Part shown: positions 35,313 to 45,199 of the stretch, piece after piece
Layout: every line of letters starts with the position of its first letter
How positions within the stretch are numbered: position 1 is the stretch's first letter
NCBI GenBank assembly: GCA_043820265.1
Contig: JBDREA010000098.1
Location: forward strand, 1 to 46,369
From: Candidatus Altiarchaeota archaeon
Lineage (GTDB): Archaea > Altiarchaeota > Altiarchaeia > IMC4 > JBDREA01
Direction of reading: 5' to 3'
Length of the DNA stretch: 46,369 bases
The notes under the pieces: generated by a model
The model's database searches: none
The model's input: the letters and a program-made list of their open reading frames with translations, nothing else
What the model was told of the DNA's origin: nothing
Made by a program: the position numbers and the translations under genes

Positions 35313-37172
35313 ATGAAATGGAAACGTCTTCTTGTGATCTCAAAATACGAGATGAAGCAATACCAAAAGAGCCACCTGAATGTCGGAAGCATTCTGGGCA
35401 TCTGTTTAGTCTCTCTGCTATTGCTTGTCAATCCTTCTGTTAAAAATGTGGAGCTTCCGAGTGCCCAAAGGTTGTATCGTATAGGTTTCTACCAGGAGGG
35501 TGACATCGTTTCCTGGATGCGCGTTTCTTTTCCTTTTAGGATGATCTATTTCCAGGAGATCCTTGGCATGGTCGAGGCGCTCGAGGAGAGAACGGTTGAT
35601 GGGGGACTGATAATCCAGGGAAACATCGTAAACGTCATGGGTTCTGGCACCATGAAGTCTGATGGGGCGCTGAACCGGATAGAGGAGGAATTCAAATACA
35701 TCAACAACGAGCAGATTAGAAAATCGGTTAATGAACAACCTGAGATGGCAGGGATTCTTCTTCCTTTGAGAGTGCAGGTCATCGAGGAGGAAGTCGACTA
35801 CGAAAAAATCATTAATGGGTCGCTTGACATCAAAAGGAAGAGGTTTCTGCAGGAAAAGCAAAGTGACACCATAAAGTCGTTTCTTGGGAAGGACGTAGAT
35901 ATCTTTAATGATCAGAAATCCATAAATGTGAAGGTGAGCGGAGCAGGAGGTGATGGGAGCGGCACCATAGACTTGTCGAGGTTTGACGAATCTGGCTCTG
36001 GTTCGGATTCATTTGGTGCATCGGGGATAAGGCAGGAGGAATCTCTCGTTCTTCCTGATGAATTACGTGTAGATTTTCCTTTTATGAATCTCTTTCGAAA
36101 CATGATGTTTTTAGCCCCCTCTATCATACTTTCACTGATGTTTTCGCTTTCGCTGATAAGAGAAAAGGTGGATAGAAGCCTGAACAACCTTTTTTCCGCC
36201 CCGCTCGGAAAACTGGATATAATTTTGGGTAAAGCCCTCCCCTACATCGTTTTGATGACGCTTATAAATGTTATCTATGGATTATCCATTTCGTCAGGTT
36301 TTGAGGCATTGAAGGTCACTTTCATCTTCATGTCAGTATCCATCGTGATTTTATCTACTGGTTTGTTTTCGGTTGTCATCTCGAGAAGTTACAGGGAGCT
36401 GACTTTTATCGGAAGCTTCTACATCTTCATCTTTCTTTTCATGATTGTATTGCCGAATGTTTTTGCGGGAATAAACGCTTTGGCTCTGATTTCCCCCATA
36501 AGCCACATCACTTCAATCGAAAATGGAGCCTCGATTTCATGGATTGAGTTGATTCTTTCACTTTTTCCATACCACATCCTCACAGTCTCTTTTTTGGCGT
36601 TTACGGTCTTTACCTTCGATGCGGATGTGTTGTTTTCCGATTGGAGGATAAGGGATATCGTCGAGCACTACCACGTCATGCTGTCGCATGCTTTGAGAAA
36701 TAGTGCAGCTTACGTGTTTGTGTCGGTTGCGTTAATCGTGCCTTTTGTATTTTTGATCGAAAGCATCTTTTCGTATCTGATAATTCCTTTGGGGCGTCTT
36801 TCTTCTGTGACCTCTCTTTTGATTTTCGCAGCCATTGAGGAGCTCGCAAAGATTACGCCATTCATCATCTTGAGAAAGAGGCTGATTAAACCGCTTTATT
36901 ATGGTATTTTAGCGGGTACAAGCTTCTTTGTGACTGAAAGGATTTTCAACATCTATTTGATCAGTAAAATTTTCAGCTACTTCGGAGGGCCTTACCTGTA
37001 CTTTATAGCAAAGAATTTGCTTGCCACATGGGGGCTGCATATAGTTACGGTCGTGTTTATGGCATACGGATTCACCCATCTTTCTGGAAGAGTGCAGAAG
37101 ACGGGTTTATTTATCCTTATCGTATTGCTCCACTTCGTATACAACCTGAATTTAGTCTACCAAATCCTCTAA
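35313..37172 (+). CDS. ABC-2 permease fused to a C-terminal PrsW-like glutamic protease domain
   Basis: REK....L.SAP....IILGKALPY permease motif; AAIEELAK, FFVTER, LH, LHFVYN PrsW motifs; start MKWKRL preferred. Confidence 0.82.
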   Translation: MKWKRLLVISKYEMKQYQKSHLNVGSILGICLVSLLLLVNPSVKNVELPSAQRLYRIGFYQEGDIVSWMRVSFPFRMIYFQEILGMVEALEERTVDGGLIIQGNIVNVMGSGTMKSDGALNRIEEEFKYINNEQIRKSVNEQPEMAGILLPLRVQVIEEEVDYEKIINGSLDIKRKRFLQEKQSDTIKSFLGKDVDIFNDQKSINVKVSGAGGDGSGTIDLSRFDESGSGSDSFGASGIRQEESLVLPDELRVDFPFMNLFRNMMFLAPSIILSLMFSLSLIREKVDRSLNNLFSAPLGKLDIILGKALPYIVLMTLINVIYGLSISSGFEALKVTFIFMSVSIVILSTGLFSVVISRSYRELTFIGSFYIFIFLFMIVLPNVFAGINALALISPISHITSIENGASISWIELILSLFPYHILTVSFLAFTVFTFDADVLFSDWRIRDIVEHYHVMLSHALRNSAAYVFVSVALIVPFVFLIESIFSYLIIPLGRLSSVTSLLIFAAIEELAKITPFIILRKRLIKPLYYGILAGTSFFVTERIFNIYLISKIFSYFGGPYLYFIAKNLLATWGLHIVTVVFMAYGFTHLSGRVQKTGLFILIVLLHFVYNLNLVYQIL

Positions 37173-37176
37173 AAAA

Positions 37177-38274
37177 ATGAAGAAGTCATGGATAATAGCA
37201 AAAAGGGAGCTTAAAGCGATGCTTAGGGAGAGGACGGTAATGCTTGTGGTGTTGGTTGAACTGCTGCTTGTTATTTTTTCTGGCCTATTGAATGTGGGGT
37301 ATGTTTTATTGACAACTCCTGAAGCAAGCGCGGAGCTGCAGAACCTGAACTCTTTTGTCGCAGTTGGGATAATCTCGAACACCCCTGAGAAATTCGCATT
37401 GTCGCTTTTTTCATCGAAGATGCCTTACGTCGTCTATGATGATGTGGACGAGGCATTTGCTGACTTCAGGGAGGGGATGATCGATGTTATCTTTATCGGA
37501 GACATAGAGAAGTCTGAAAACGCCTCTCAGATCGTGGTATACATTCCTGAAAACAGCCCAAAAAAGGACCTGATAAAGTTGAGCCTTAGAAACATCCTTT
37601 TAAAGTTGGAAAAGGAGATCAGAGCCGAAAGGATTGTTGAATATAAACCGGACATAAAGCTTTACTCGGTGGATTCAAAATCTGGGAAGGCTTCAAGGGA
37701 AATCGAGATATACTACATCTTCACAATACCCCTTCTCCTCTTTCTACCAAGCCTAATAGCGGGCTCGCTTGTAATAGACTCAATAACTGAAGACCTAGAA
37801 AACAAGACGATAATTAACTTGATGGAAGCCCCACTCAAAGGTTTTCAGATCGTTTTAGGCAAAAACTTGGGGGCCATAATCATTTGTATGGCGCAATCGG
37901 TTGCATGGGTTTTTATTTTGAGCTTTCTTTCTCTGGGAATCCAAAACCATATGAGCCTTATTTTCATTTCGTTTCTTTATACTGTGATCTTTACAAACAT
38001 CGGGAGTTTCGTTTCTCTTCGACTAAAAAACCTGAGGAACTCTCAGGTGGTGCACACAGGAGTATCTATGGCATCCATAAGCTTATTCTCCCCTTTAGCC
38101 AACCTCTCAAACCAATTAGTAGCCAACTCGCCATCATACATTTTCACAGGCCTTGCTTCCGGAGCAACACTATTTGATTTCAGATACCAGGTGCTCCTCC
38201 TTCTAATGGTTTTTTTAGTTACAGGTATGATAAACCTGAAATCGGCTGTGGAGCTGGAAAACCTTTATGACTGA
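37177..38274 (+). CDS. ABC-2 permease
   Basis: IIAKRELK, DSITEDLENKT...L.EAP....IVLGK; multi-TM. Confidence 0.87.
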   Translation: MKKSWIIAKRELKAMLRERTVMLVVLVELLLVIFSGLLNVGYVLLTTPEASAELQNLNSFVAVGIISNTPEKFALSLFSSKMPYVVYDDVDEAFADFREGMIDVIFIGDIEKSENASQIVVYIPENSPKKDLIKLSLRNILLKLEKEIRAERIVEYKPDIKLYSVDSKSGKASREIEIYYIFTIPLLLFLPSLIAGSLVIDSITEDLENKTIINLMEAPLKGFQIVLGKNLGAIIICMAQSVAWVFILSFLSLGIQNHMSLIFISFLYTVIFTNIGSFVSLRLKNLRNSQVVHTGVSMASISLFSPLANLSNQLVANSPSYIFTGLASGATLFDFRYQVLLLLMVFLVTGMINLKSAVELENLYD

Positions 38275-38409
38275 AAACAGATATTGCATATTTAAGTTGA
38301 TTTAGGTAATATTTCACACATAGTATTTTGGACTTAGGGTTTGGTTTTGGGGTGTTTAAGATTTAAGCATAGATAGGGGCATACCCCCTACGTCTGCGAT
38401 AAACAAACC

Positions 38410-39189
38410 ATGCCCGAAGAAAAAGAAAAAACTGAGGCAGAAGGCCAAGACAGCCTAGTTGTTGAAGAACCTGAGCCACCCAAGGCTGAGAAAGCCAAAG
38501 AGTTATATACTCGGCTGGAACGTGACGAACTACACAGAAAGCTGGGAGAATACATCCCCAAAGGCTCTCTGATGCTTCTCGAGGGAAAAGACGGATTCGG
38601 AAAAAGCATTATCTGTCAGCGCTTCATCTATGCTTTTCTTGAACATGGCTCTACCGTAACATACATCAGCACAGAGCTTTCTACAAAGGACTTCATCGAG
38701 CAGATGGATTCTGTGAATTATGACATCAGCAGCCACATGATAAATGACCGGTTGCTTTTCATACCCCTGTTCCCGTTCATCGGTGGCGCAACGCTACAGA
38801 CCGACTTCATCAACCGCCTTTTGGGGGCCAGAGAGCTCTTCCGATCTGACTGCATAGTCATCGACACCTTCTCCTTTCTTTTGGTCAAAGACAACATCAC
38901 AGAAGCAGAGACCTTTAACGTGGTGAAATTCTTCAAAAAGATCGCTGACACAGGCAAGACCATCATTTTCACAGCAGACCCAGACCACCTAAACGCAGAA
39001 CTACTCACCCTCCTTCGCTCGGTAGCAGACATTTACTTCGAGTTGACTACAATGGCTCTGGCAGGAGACGTTAAAAGGTACATAAATGTTAATCGCTATA
39101 AGCGGGCCCCGGGAGACGTCGGCTCAAGTGTTGCCTTCCGAGTCGATTCGGGCTCCGGCGTAAACATCGACATATCGGCTATGGCATAG
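38410..39189 (+). CDS. flaH: archaellum ATP-binding protein FlaH/ArlH
   Basis: RDELHRKLG..IP.GS, GKDGFGKS, YISTE, FIEQMDSV.Y, IVIDTFS, FRVD. Confidence 0.93.
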   Translation: MPEEKEKTEAEGQDSLVVEEPEPPKAEKAKELYTRLERDELHRKLGEYIPKGSLMLLEGKDGFGKSIICQRFIYAFLEHGSTVTYISTELSTKDFIEQMDSVNYDISSHMINDRLLFIPLFPFIGGATLQTDFINRLLGARELFRSDCIVIDTFSFLLVKDNITEAETFNVVKFFKKIADTGKTIIFTADPDHLNAELLTLLRSVADIYFELTTMALAGDVKRYINVNRYKRAPGDVGSSVAFRVDSGSGVNIDISAMA

Positions 39190-39196
39190 GAAAAAA

Positions 39197-40834
39197 ATGG
39201 CTCAAATAACCCCCGAATTTCAGGATGCGATGAACCGTAATCCGCGTTTAAAAACATATATCTCTAACCTAAAGGACATCCCCATCCCCACGTTTACAGC
39301 CCAGCTAAACCGGGATATGAAACACGAAGATTTCCCGAATTACATTTACCCGGTCGGGGACCCGATTTTCATCCATGCCTACAAAAAGAGAGGGGAGGGG
39401 ATGTTTTGGCAGGCGATAGAACCTGAGCTCAACGAAAAAGAAAAGGAATTCTATGAAGAGGTTTCAGACAAGCTCATAGCAATCGCGCATATGCTCCCAT
39501 CTGAAAGCGAATCGGAAGAACTCACAAATATCCTCTCCAAGCTCCTAAACAACGCCTGCGAAGTAGAAGGGGTCTCTTCAGACCAACTTGGCGAAAAGTA
39601 TTCTGAGGTTTCTGTGACAAAAAAGATCAAGGTAAACCTTCAGGAATACCAAAATTTAAAATACATGATGATCCGTGACCGGGCGGGCTACGGTTACCTT
39701 GAACCCCTGCTCAGAGACCCATACATCGAAGATATCCATGTCACAGGCGTGGGAAGAGTCTACATGGTGCATAAGATATTTGATGTTTGTCCGACAAGTA
39801 TCGTATTTGAAAATGACATGGTATTGGACAGATACGTCTTCGATGCGTCTGAGAGAGTGGAAAGACCAGTTTCTGTGGCAAGGCCTGTTATCGACGCAGT
39901 AATGCCGGACGGAAGCCGTGTGAACTTCATCTATGGCAGAGAGATAAGCCTTGAAGGAACGAGCTTCACAATCAGAAAATTCGCCAAAATTCCAGTCTCA
40001 ATAACCCAGCTTATCAGTTGGAACACCGGGGCAGCCAAGAACGCCGCCTATCTCTGGCTTTGTCTGGAAAATGGTATGAGCTTATTCGTCTGTGGGGAAA
40101 CAGCTTCTGGGAAGACCACGACGTTAAATGCCATTTGTGCTTTCATCCGTCCGGACGCAAAAATCTTCACAGTAGAAAACACGCCAGAAGTGACTATGCC
40201 GCACGAGATCTGGCAGCATCTTCTGACAAGGGAGGCGGGAAGAGACACCGACATAAAGGAGTTTACCCTACTTAAGGCAGCCCTACGAAGCAGGCCCAAC
40301 TACATTATAGTGGGTGAGATTCGGGGAGCGGAAGGGGCAGTTGCGTTCCAGGCTATGCAGACCGGCCACTCCACGATGGCAACATTCCACGCGGGATCCG
40401 TCCACCAGATGATTCAGCGTCTGATAGGTGACCCCATAAATGTCCCCATCGCATTTATTGATAACCTGAACGTTGTATTGATCCAACAGGCGGTGTACCA
40501 CAACGGTAGGTTTATTAGAAGAATCCTCTCCATCACCGAGCTCACAAAGTACTACGACGAACTCAACAAAGTAGGCTCCTCGCAGGTATTCCAATGGGAC
40601 CCAGTTAAAGACGAACACATCTTCCGAGGATTTCACAACTCCTTCGTTTTAGAGGAAAAAATCGCCAAACAATTGGGATACGAGGACCCGAGAGAGATAT
40701 ACAACGAACTAGATAAAAGGGAGCGAATCCTCACAAAGATGGTGGACGAAAAGATCTTCAACTACTTTGATGTCTGGAAGGTCATCAAGGCATATCGAGA
40801 AGACGGAGAAAAGGGCCTGCCATTCACTATATAG
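39197..40834 (+). CDS. flaI: archaellum motor ATPase FlaI/ArlI
   Basis: IYPVGDPIFIH, DPYIEDI, GETASGKT, ALRSRPNYIIVGEIRG, QAMQTGH, GLPF C-terminus. Confidence 0.96.
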   Translation: MAQITPEFQDAMNRNPRLKTYISNLKDIPIPTFTAQLNRDMKHEDFPNYIYPVGDPIFIHAYKKRGEGMFWQAIEPELNEKEKEFYEEVSDKLIAIAHMLPSESESEELTNILSKLLNNACEVEGVSSDQLGEKYSEVSVTKKIKVNLQEYQNLKYMMIRDRAGYGYLEPLLRDPYIEDIHVTGVGRVYMVHKIFDVCPTSIVFENDMVLDRYVFDASERVERPVSVARPVIDAVMPDGSRVNFIYGREISLEGTSFTIRKFAKIPVSITQLISWNTGAAKNAAYLWLCLENGMSLFVCGETASGKTTTLNAICAFIRPDAKIFTVENTPEVTMPHEIWQHLLTREAGRDTDIKEFTLLKAALRSRPNYIIVGEIRGAEGAVAFQAMQTGHSTMATFHAGSVHQMIQRLIGDPINVPIAFIDNLNVVLIQQAVYHNGRFIRRILSITELTKYYDELNKVGSSQVFQWDPVKDEHIFRGFHNSFVLEEKIAKQLGYEDPREIYNELDKRERILTKMVDEKIFNYFDVWKVIKAYREDGEKGLPFTI

Positions 40835-42589
40835 GTGATTGAAATCGGATTCGAGGAAGAAATTTATCAGGCAGGGTTTCACTCGGTGGACGAGTTCGTA
40901 ACAAAGATAGCTTTCCCCGTAATTGTCGGCGCAATAGTGTTTATGCTGATAGGATTCGCAGGAATCTATTTTGCAGAATTAGGCGGATTTTATTATTTTC
41001 TTCCCTTGAGTTTCCTCGTATTTGGAGGACTTATTATCATGGCGTATCCCCAGATAGTCTTTGAAGAGAAAAAGGCTGACATACACAAAAACATCCATTT
41101 GTTTGTCACATACATGGGATCGCTTTCAACCCTGCATCTACCTAGAAAGGAGATTCTTAGAACAGCAGCCCGAAGAGAGGAATACGGAGAGACTGCAAAG
41201 ATCATCAAAAGGATAATCTATCTCTCGGACCACTGGAACCTGGGATTGGACAAGACATGCGCCCGGATGAGCGGACTAGTGCCCTCAAAGATACTGGGAA
41301 ACTTTCTTGACCGAATGGCTGCCGCCCTTGACTTCGGAGAAAGCATGGAAGAGTTTTTGCTGGGGGAACAAAATGCGGTCATGACAGAGTATGAGGGGGA
41401 ATACACAGAGGCGCTGAAGCGTCTGGATGTGTTAAACGATGTAATCACTTCTCTTGTCATTGCGGGAGCCTTCATGCTTTCAGGGACATTCCTATTGCCG
41501 TTAATCATGGGCTACTCTATGTACTTTCTCTTAGCGGGATCATTTCTTTTCATGGTGTTCATCGATGTTATGATAATCATAGTCATAGGCAACTTCGTCA
41601 CCCAAGACCACATACTGCATCAGCTGCCGATAAAGGATGAAGAATTCATCAAGATGAAACAGTCCCTTTACAAGACAATCCCAGCAACTGCAATTCTTTT
41701 TATTCTTGCTTTCATCCTTTGGTATTTGGACTATGTTCCCCTGGCCCTGGGAGTCAGTTTGTCCCTGTTACCCCTTATTTACACTGGCCGGCTGGCCAAA
41801 AAACAAGAAGCGACCGTACTTCGCAGAGACTACGGATACACCTCTTTTATCCGCTCGCTTGGAGGTTCAATGAGCGCTAAAGGTGGAAGCCTTTACGGAA
41901 CACTGGGACCGATTAGAATACATAACTACGGAGTCCTAAACGACCTGATCCAAAGGCTTTACATGAGGCTGAATATCGGTGCGGACAAAGTGAAGGCTTG
42001 GATGTATTTCAGCGGAGAAACTGGCTCAGAGATGATAGAGAAATTTTCGACCATATTCATCGAAGTGATCCGGGTAGGCGGAGACCCGAAGGTTGCTTCA
42101 GAGATTATCAGTAAAAACTTCACAAGGCTTATGACTGTAAGAGAACTGCGCCTTCAGATGTCGGGAAGCTTTAAGGGAGTATACTATGGAACAATACTTG
42201 GATTAGCTGGCGCAGCCTATGCGAGCGCAGAGATGAGTGTGTTATTGCAAGACACCCTATCCTCAACTATGGGTAACTTGGGATCAGGTGCCATGGAAAA
42301 GGTTGGTTCAGCGGGATTGGATCTCTTTGGGATAATGGACTCAAGCATAAACTTACCACTCGCAAAAGACGTCCTGTTTTTAATATTGGTTGTTCACGCG
42401 GGTTTGACCGCGTTGTCAATTAAGGTGGCAGATGGAGGAAACAAATACGTGGCCCTTGTAGATTTCGTAATAATGGTTTGGCTTGTCGCAATCATCGCTT
42501 TGAGCTTGCCATATATGTTTGAAAACATGTTTGGTATCGGAGGAGAGGCCGAGGCAGCGCGCGAAATAGGTACTGTGGGAAGTCTTTAA
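40835..42589 (+). CDS. flaJ: archaellum membrane platform FlaJ/ArlJ
   Basis: GTG start; FVTYM, EYGE, PS...NFLDR, FIRSLG, W.YF..ETGS..I; multi-TM; follows flaI. Confidence 0.93.
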   Translation: MIEIGFEEEIYQAGFHSVDEFVTKIAFPVIVGAIVFMLIGFAGIYFAELGGFYYFLPLSFLVFGGLIIMAYPQIVFEEKKADIHKNIHLFVTYMGSLSTLHLPRKEILRTAARREEYGETAKIIKRIIYLSDHWNLGLDKTCARMSGLVPSKILGNFLDRMAAALDFGESMEEFLLGEQNAVMTEYEGEYTEALKRLDVLNDVITSLVIAGAFMLSGTFLLPLIMGYSMYFLLAGSFLFMVFIDVMIIIVIGNFVTQDHILHQLPIKDEEFIKMKQSLYKTIPATAILFILAFILWYLDYVPLALGVSLSLLPLIYTGRLAKKQEATVLRRDYGYTSFIRSLGGSMSAKGGSLYGTLGPIRIHNYGVLNDLIQRLYMRLNIGADKVKAWMYFSGETGSEMIEKFSTIFIEVIRVGGDPKVASEIISKNFTRLMTVRELRLQMSGSFKGVYYGTILGLAGAAYASAEMSVLLQDTLSSTMGNLGSGAMEKVGSAGLDLFGIMDSSINLPLAKDVLFLILVVHAGLTALSIKVADGGNKYVALVDFVIMVWLVAIIALSLPYMFENMFGIGGEAEAAREIGTVGSL

Positions 42590-42636
42590 AGAGTATTTAA
42601 TATGATTGGGCAATAACTCAACAAGGAAAAAAAAGA

Positions 42637-44238
42637 ATGGCTGGGCTTCTAGGAAAACTAAAGGGTATCGGAAAGAAGAAGGATGCTGACTCATCTGTTC
42701 CCAAGGATACGCCGTTGCCCACTGATGGGGGGTCTCCAGTTGAGGGAGGTGGGACGCTCCCACCAGGCGTGACAGCGGTTGGAGGAGAAAACCATCCCCA
42801 AGGAGTTACTGCAGCCTCTGGGGGACCCTATCCGGCAGGATCCGGGGGTCTTGCTAGTCCTGAAACCCAGGCCAAACTCTTAGAGATAGAAGCAAAGACC
42901 ATGGAAATCGATGCACTCAAAGAACAGCTTGGAACCATAGATGACAAATCCAAGAGCATTGAAGTCAAGTTAGCTGAAACAGAAAAAATCACTAAGAAAA
43001 GCAAGGAGAAGATTGATGAAATCGATAAAAACATGAAGAAGTTCCTTAGCTTATATGAGATGGTCACAAATCAGATTAATCCCTTTGTTGATTCAAAGGT
43101 TTTTGAGCGGTCGGCATCTAATGCTTCTCTTTTGGATTCCATGCAGGAGGTTGCTCCGCCTGCGCCAGTCATTGAAGAGGAATATGTGGTAGAAGAGGAA
43201 CCGATAAAGGTTGAGGAGCCTTTAGTCCCTAAAGCGGCACCTGACAGGGAAGAGGCTGAAACAGTTGGCGAACAAGAGATCGAATCTTCGCTTAAATCCG
43301 AAGAAGGAGACGACGTTTTGATTATGGAGGCCGTCCACCACAAAGACAACTCTTTAGCGCTCAAACTTTTCGCTTCAATGGTGAACGCAGACGAAGCAAA
43401 AGAAAAAAAGAGCGCGATTTTAAAGAGTCTAGTCGATTTGGGTTGGATTACCCCCCGAGCCCACGCAGACATATCTAAGGAACTGGGAGCAGATGATGAA
43501 GAGGAATATGAAATCGAAGGTCAGGATGTGGGAGAAGAAGAAGATAGTCAACTACCCTTACCTCCTGTCTCAAGCGAGGAGTTGGAGAATCTCGCTCCGT
43601 TGATGAAGTGGATTGATGGCTTAACAGACAAGGTGGGGGTAGATGGTACGACAGACATCCTAAAATATCTTGTGAAACTGGGTTGGGTGACCCCTGATGC
43701 CCACGAAGAACTCTTGAATTATATCGCCGGTGATAAAAGTATGATAACTGGGCCTGGAGGACAGGGTGGACCGGCCCTCATACCGTTAGATGAATATGAG
43801 AAGACCTCAGAAAAGGAGGCTATGGCGCAGAGTTGGATGAGGTACCTGCTGGATAAAGTGGGTGAGGATGGTGCAAAGGAGGTGTTATCCACCTATATTG
43901 AATTTGGATGGGTCACAAAGAAGGCTTACACACAGCTCTCCGAATCGTTTGGGTCCTTTGATGAGATAGACCGTTTAGGGGGGGATCTGAACTATGACCT
44001 GTCTTCAGCCGATCATGCGACTTCGCTCTTTTTCATCTCTAGGATAAAGGGGATGGATGATGCAGAATATGTGTACAAATCCATTGAGAGGATACTTGCT
44101 CAGAGGGGGTTCTCAAAAGAGGGGGATTCCGTAAATGAGTCGGAAAAAGACGGTGACTTGGGTTTTGGGGAAGGATTAGACACTTCAGATTCACTATTAG
44201 AAAATAATCGAGAAAATAAAAGAGGTAGAAAGAAATGA
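42637..44238 (+). CDS. archaellum accessory FlaC/D/E (ArlCDE) fusion
   Basis: Coiled coil plus LSLYEMVTNQINPF (FlaC); three repeats of L..LGW(I/V)T (FlaD/E); DHATSLFFI. Confidence 0.88.
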   Translation: MAGLLGKLKGIGKKKDADSSVPKDTPLPTDGGSPVEGGGTLPPGVTAVGGENHPQGVTAASGGPYPAGSGGLASPETQAKLLEIEAKTMEIDALKEQLGTIDDKSKSIEVKLAETEKITKKSKEKIDEIDKNMKKFLSLYEMVTNQINPFVDSKVFERSASNASLLDSMQEVAPPAPVIEEEYVVEEEPIKVEEPLVPKAAPDREEAETVGEQEIESSLKSEEGDDVLIMEAVHHKDNSLALKLFASMVNADEAKEKKSAILKSLVDLGWITPRAHADISKELGADDEEEYEIEGQDVGEEEDSQLPLPPVSSEELENLAPLMKWIDGLTDKVGVDGTTDILKYLVKLGWVTPDAHEELLNYIAGDKSMITGPGGQGGPALIPLDEYEKTSEKEAMAQSWMRYLLDKVGEDGAKEVLSTYIEFGWVTKKAYTQLSESFGSFDEIDRLGGDLNYDLSSADHATSLFFISRIKGMDDAEYVYKSIERILAQRGFSKEGDSVNESEKDGDLGFGEGLDTSDSLLENNRENKRGRKK

Positions 44239-44702
44239 GCGGTTTTGGAGAAGTGGCGACACAATTGATTCTTTTTATTGCAATTATGGGCATAGTGGCA
44301 GGACTAGTGGTTTACTTTAATTTCTACATATCTGAGACTAAAGGGGCTATGGGAGACCAGAAAAATTACATCAAAAATCAACTGCGTACGGAGATAACCA
44401 TTCCAACAGTTTATTATAAGGCTCAAGCAGGAAATGATGATATATGGGTGTATACCAAGAATGTGGGGAAGACGAATATGAAAACCAGCTGCATAACATT
44501 ATTCGTAGATAACCAAGATATAAATCTGGCTGCAACAGACATCATTTTTGCGGGAAATCGCACTGCAGCAACCCTTTGGAGACCTGATGAGACGCTTCTA
44601 TTGAATGCAAGCGGAAATCTGGATCTGGCAGCTAGCCAGGTTTTCGAAGTCCTAATCGCAACATGCACTGGGGTGACAGACAGCTTCGAATTTTCGACTT
44701 AA
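44235..44702 (+). CDS. flaG: archaellum protein FlaG/ArlG
   Basis: TQLILFIA N-terminal TM, LRTEITI, YTKNVG, W.P.E. Confidence 0.85.
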   Translation: MSGFGEVATQLILFIAIMGIVAGLVVYFNFYISETKGAMGDQKNYIKNQLRTEITIPTVYYKAQAGNDDIWVYTKNVGKTNMKTSCITLFVDNQDINLAATDIIFAGNRTAATLWRPDETLLLNASGNLDLAASQVFEVLIATCTGVTDSFEFST

Positions 44703-44734
44703 ACGGGGCGTTATGGTAAATAGGAGGCAAGGAA

Positions 44735-45199
44735 ATGAGTTTTAGCACAGTTGCAGCCCAAGCCGTGTTTTTTACTGTCGTCTTAACTGTGTTTGTACTG
44801 CTTGTCTCAACATACAACGATTATATAACAGATACTGGAGCTGAGGTGTTAGGTCAGCATAACAGTTTGAAAGATAGATTGGAAACAGACATCAAGGTAA
44901 TAGGCTTCACATATGACAATTCGACCACACCAGATAACGTAGCCATCATCCTTGAAAACAGCGGGGAAACCAAGTTAAAGACAAATTGCATAGACGCATA
45001 CATTGACAGGGTATGGGTCGCCGATGATACCATCACGATAACATTACTAAACACCTCATTTGACCCTACACTATGGAATCCTGGAGAGCAAGCAAGAATA
45101 GATATTGAAGAGAATTTGTTGACAGGTGATCATGAATTATCTGTTGTTACCTGCGAGGGAGTTTTAGCCAATAAGCTGTTTTATACATGCTGCGGTTAG
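44735..45199 (+). CDS. flaF: archaellum protein FlaF/ArlF
   Basis: MSFSTVAA N-terminus, TM, LETDIKV, ENSG, WNPGE. Confidence 0.8.
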   Translation: MSFSTVAAQAVFFTVVLTVFVLLVSTYNDYITDTGAEVLGQHNSLKDRLETDIKVIGFTYDNSTTPDNVAIILENSGETKLKTNCIDAYIDRVWVADDTITITLLNTSFDPTLWNPGEQARIDIEENLLTGDHELSVVTCEGVLANKLFYTCCG

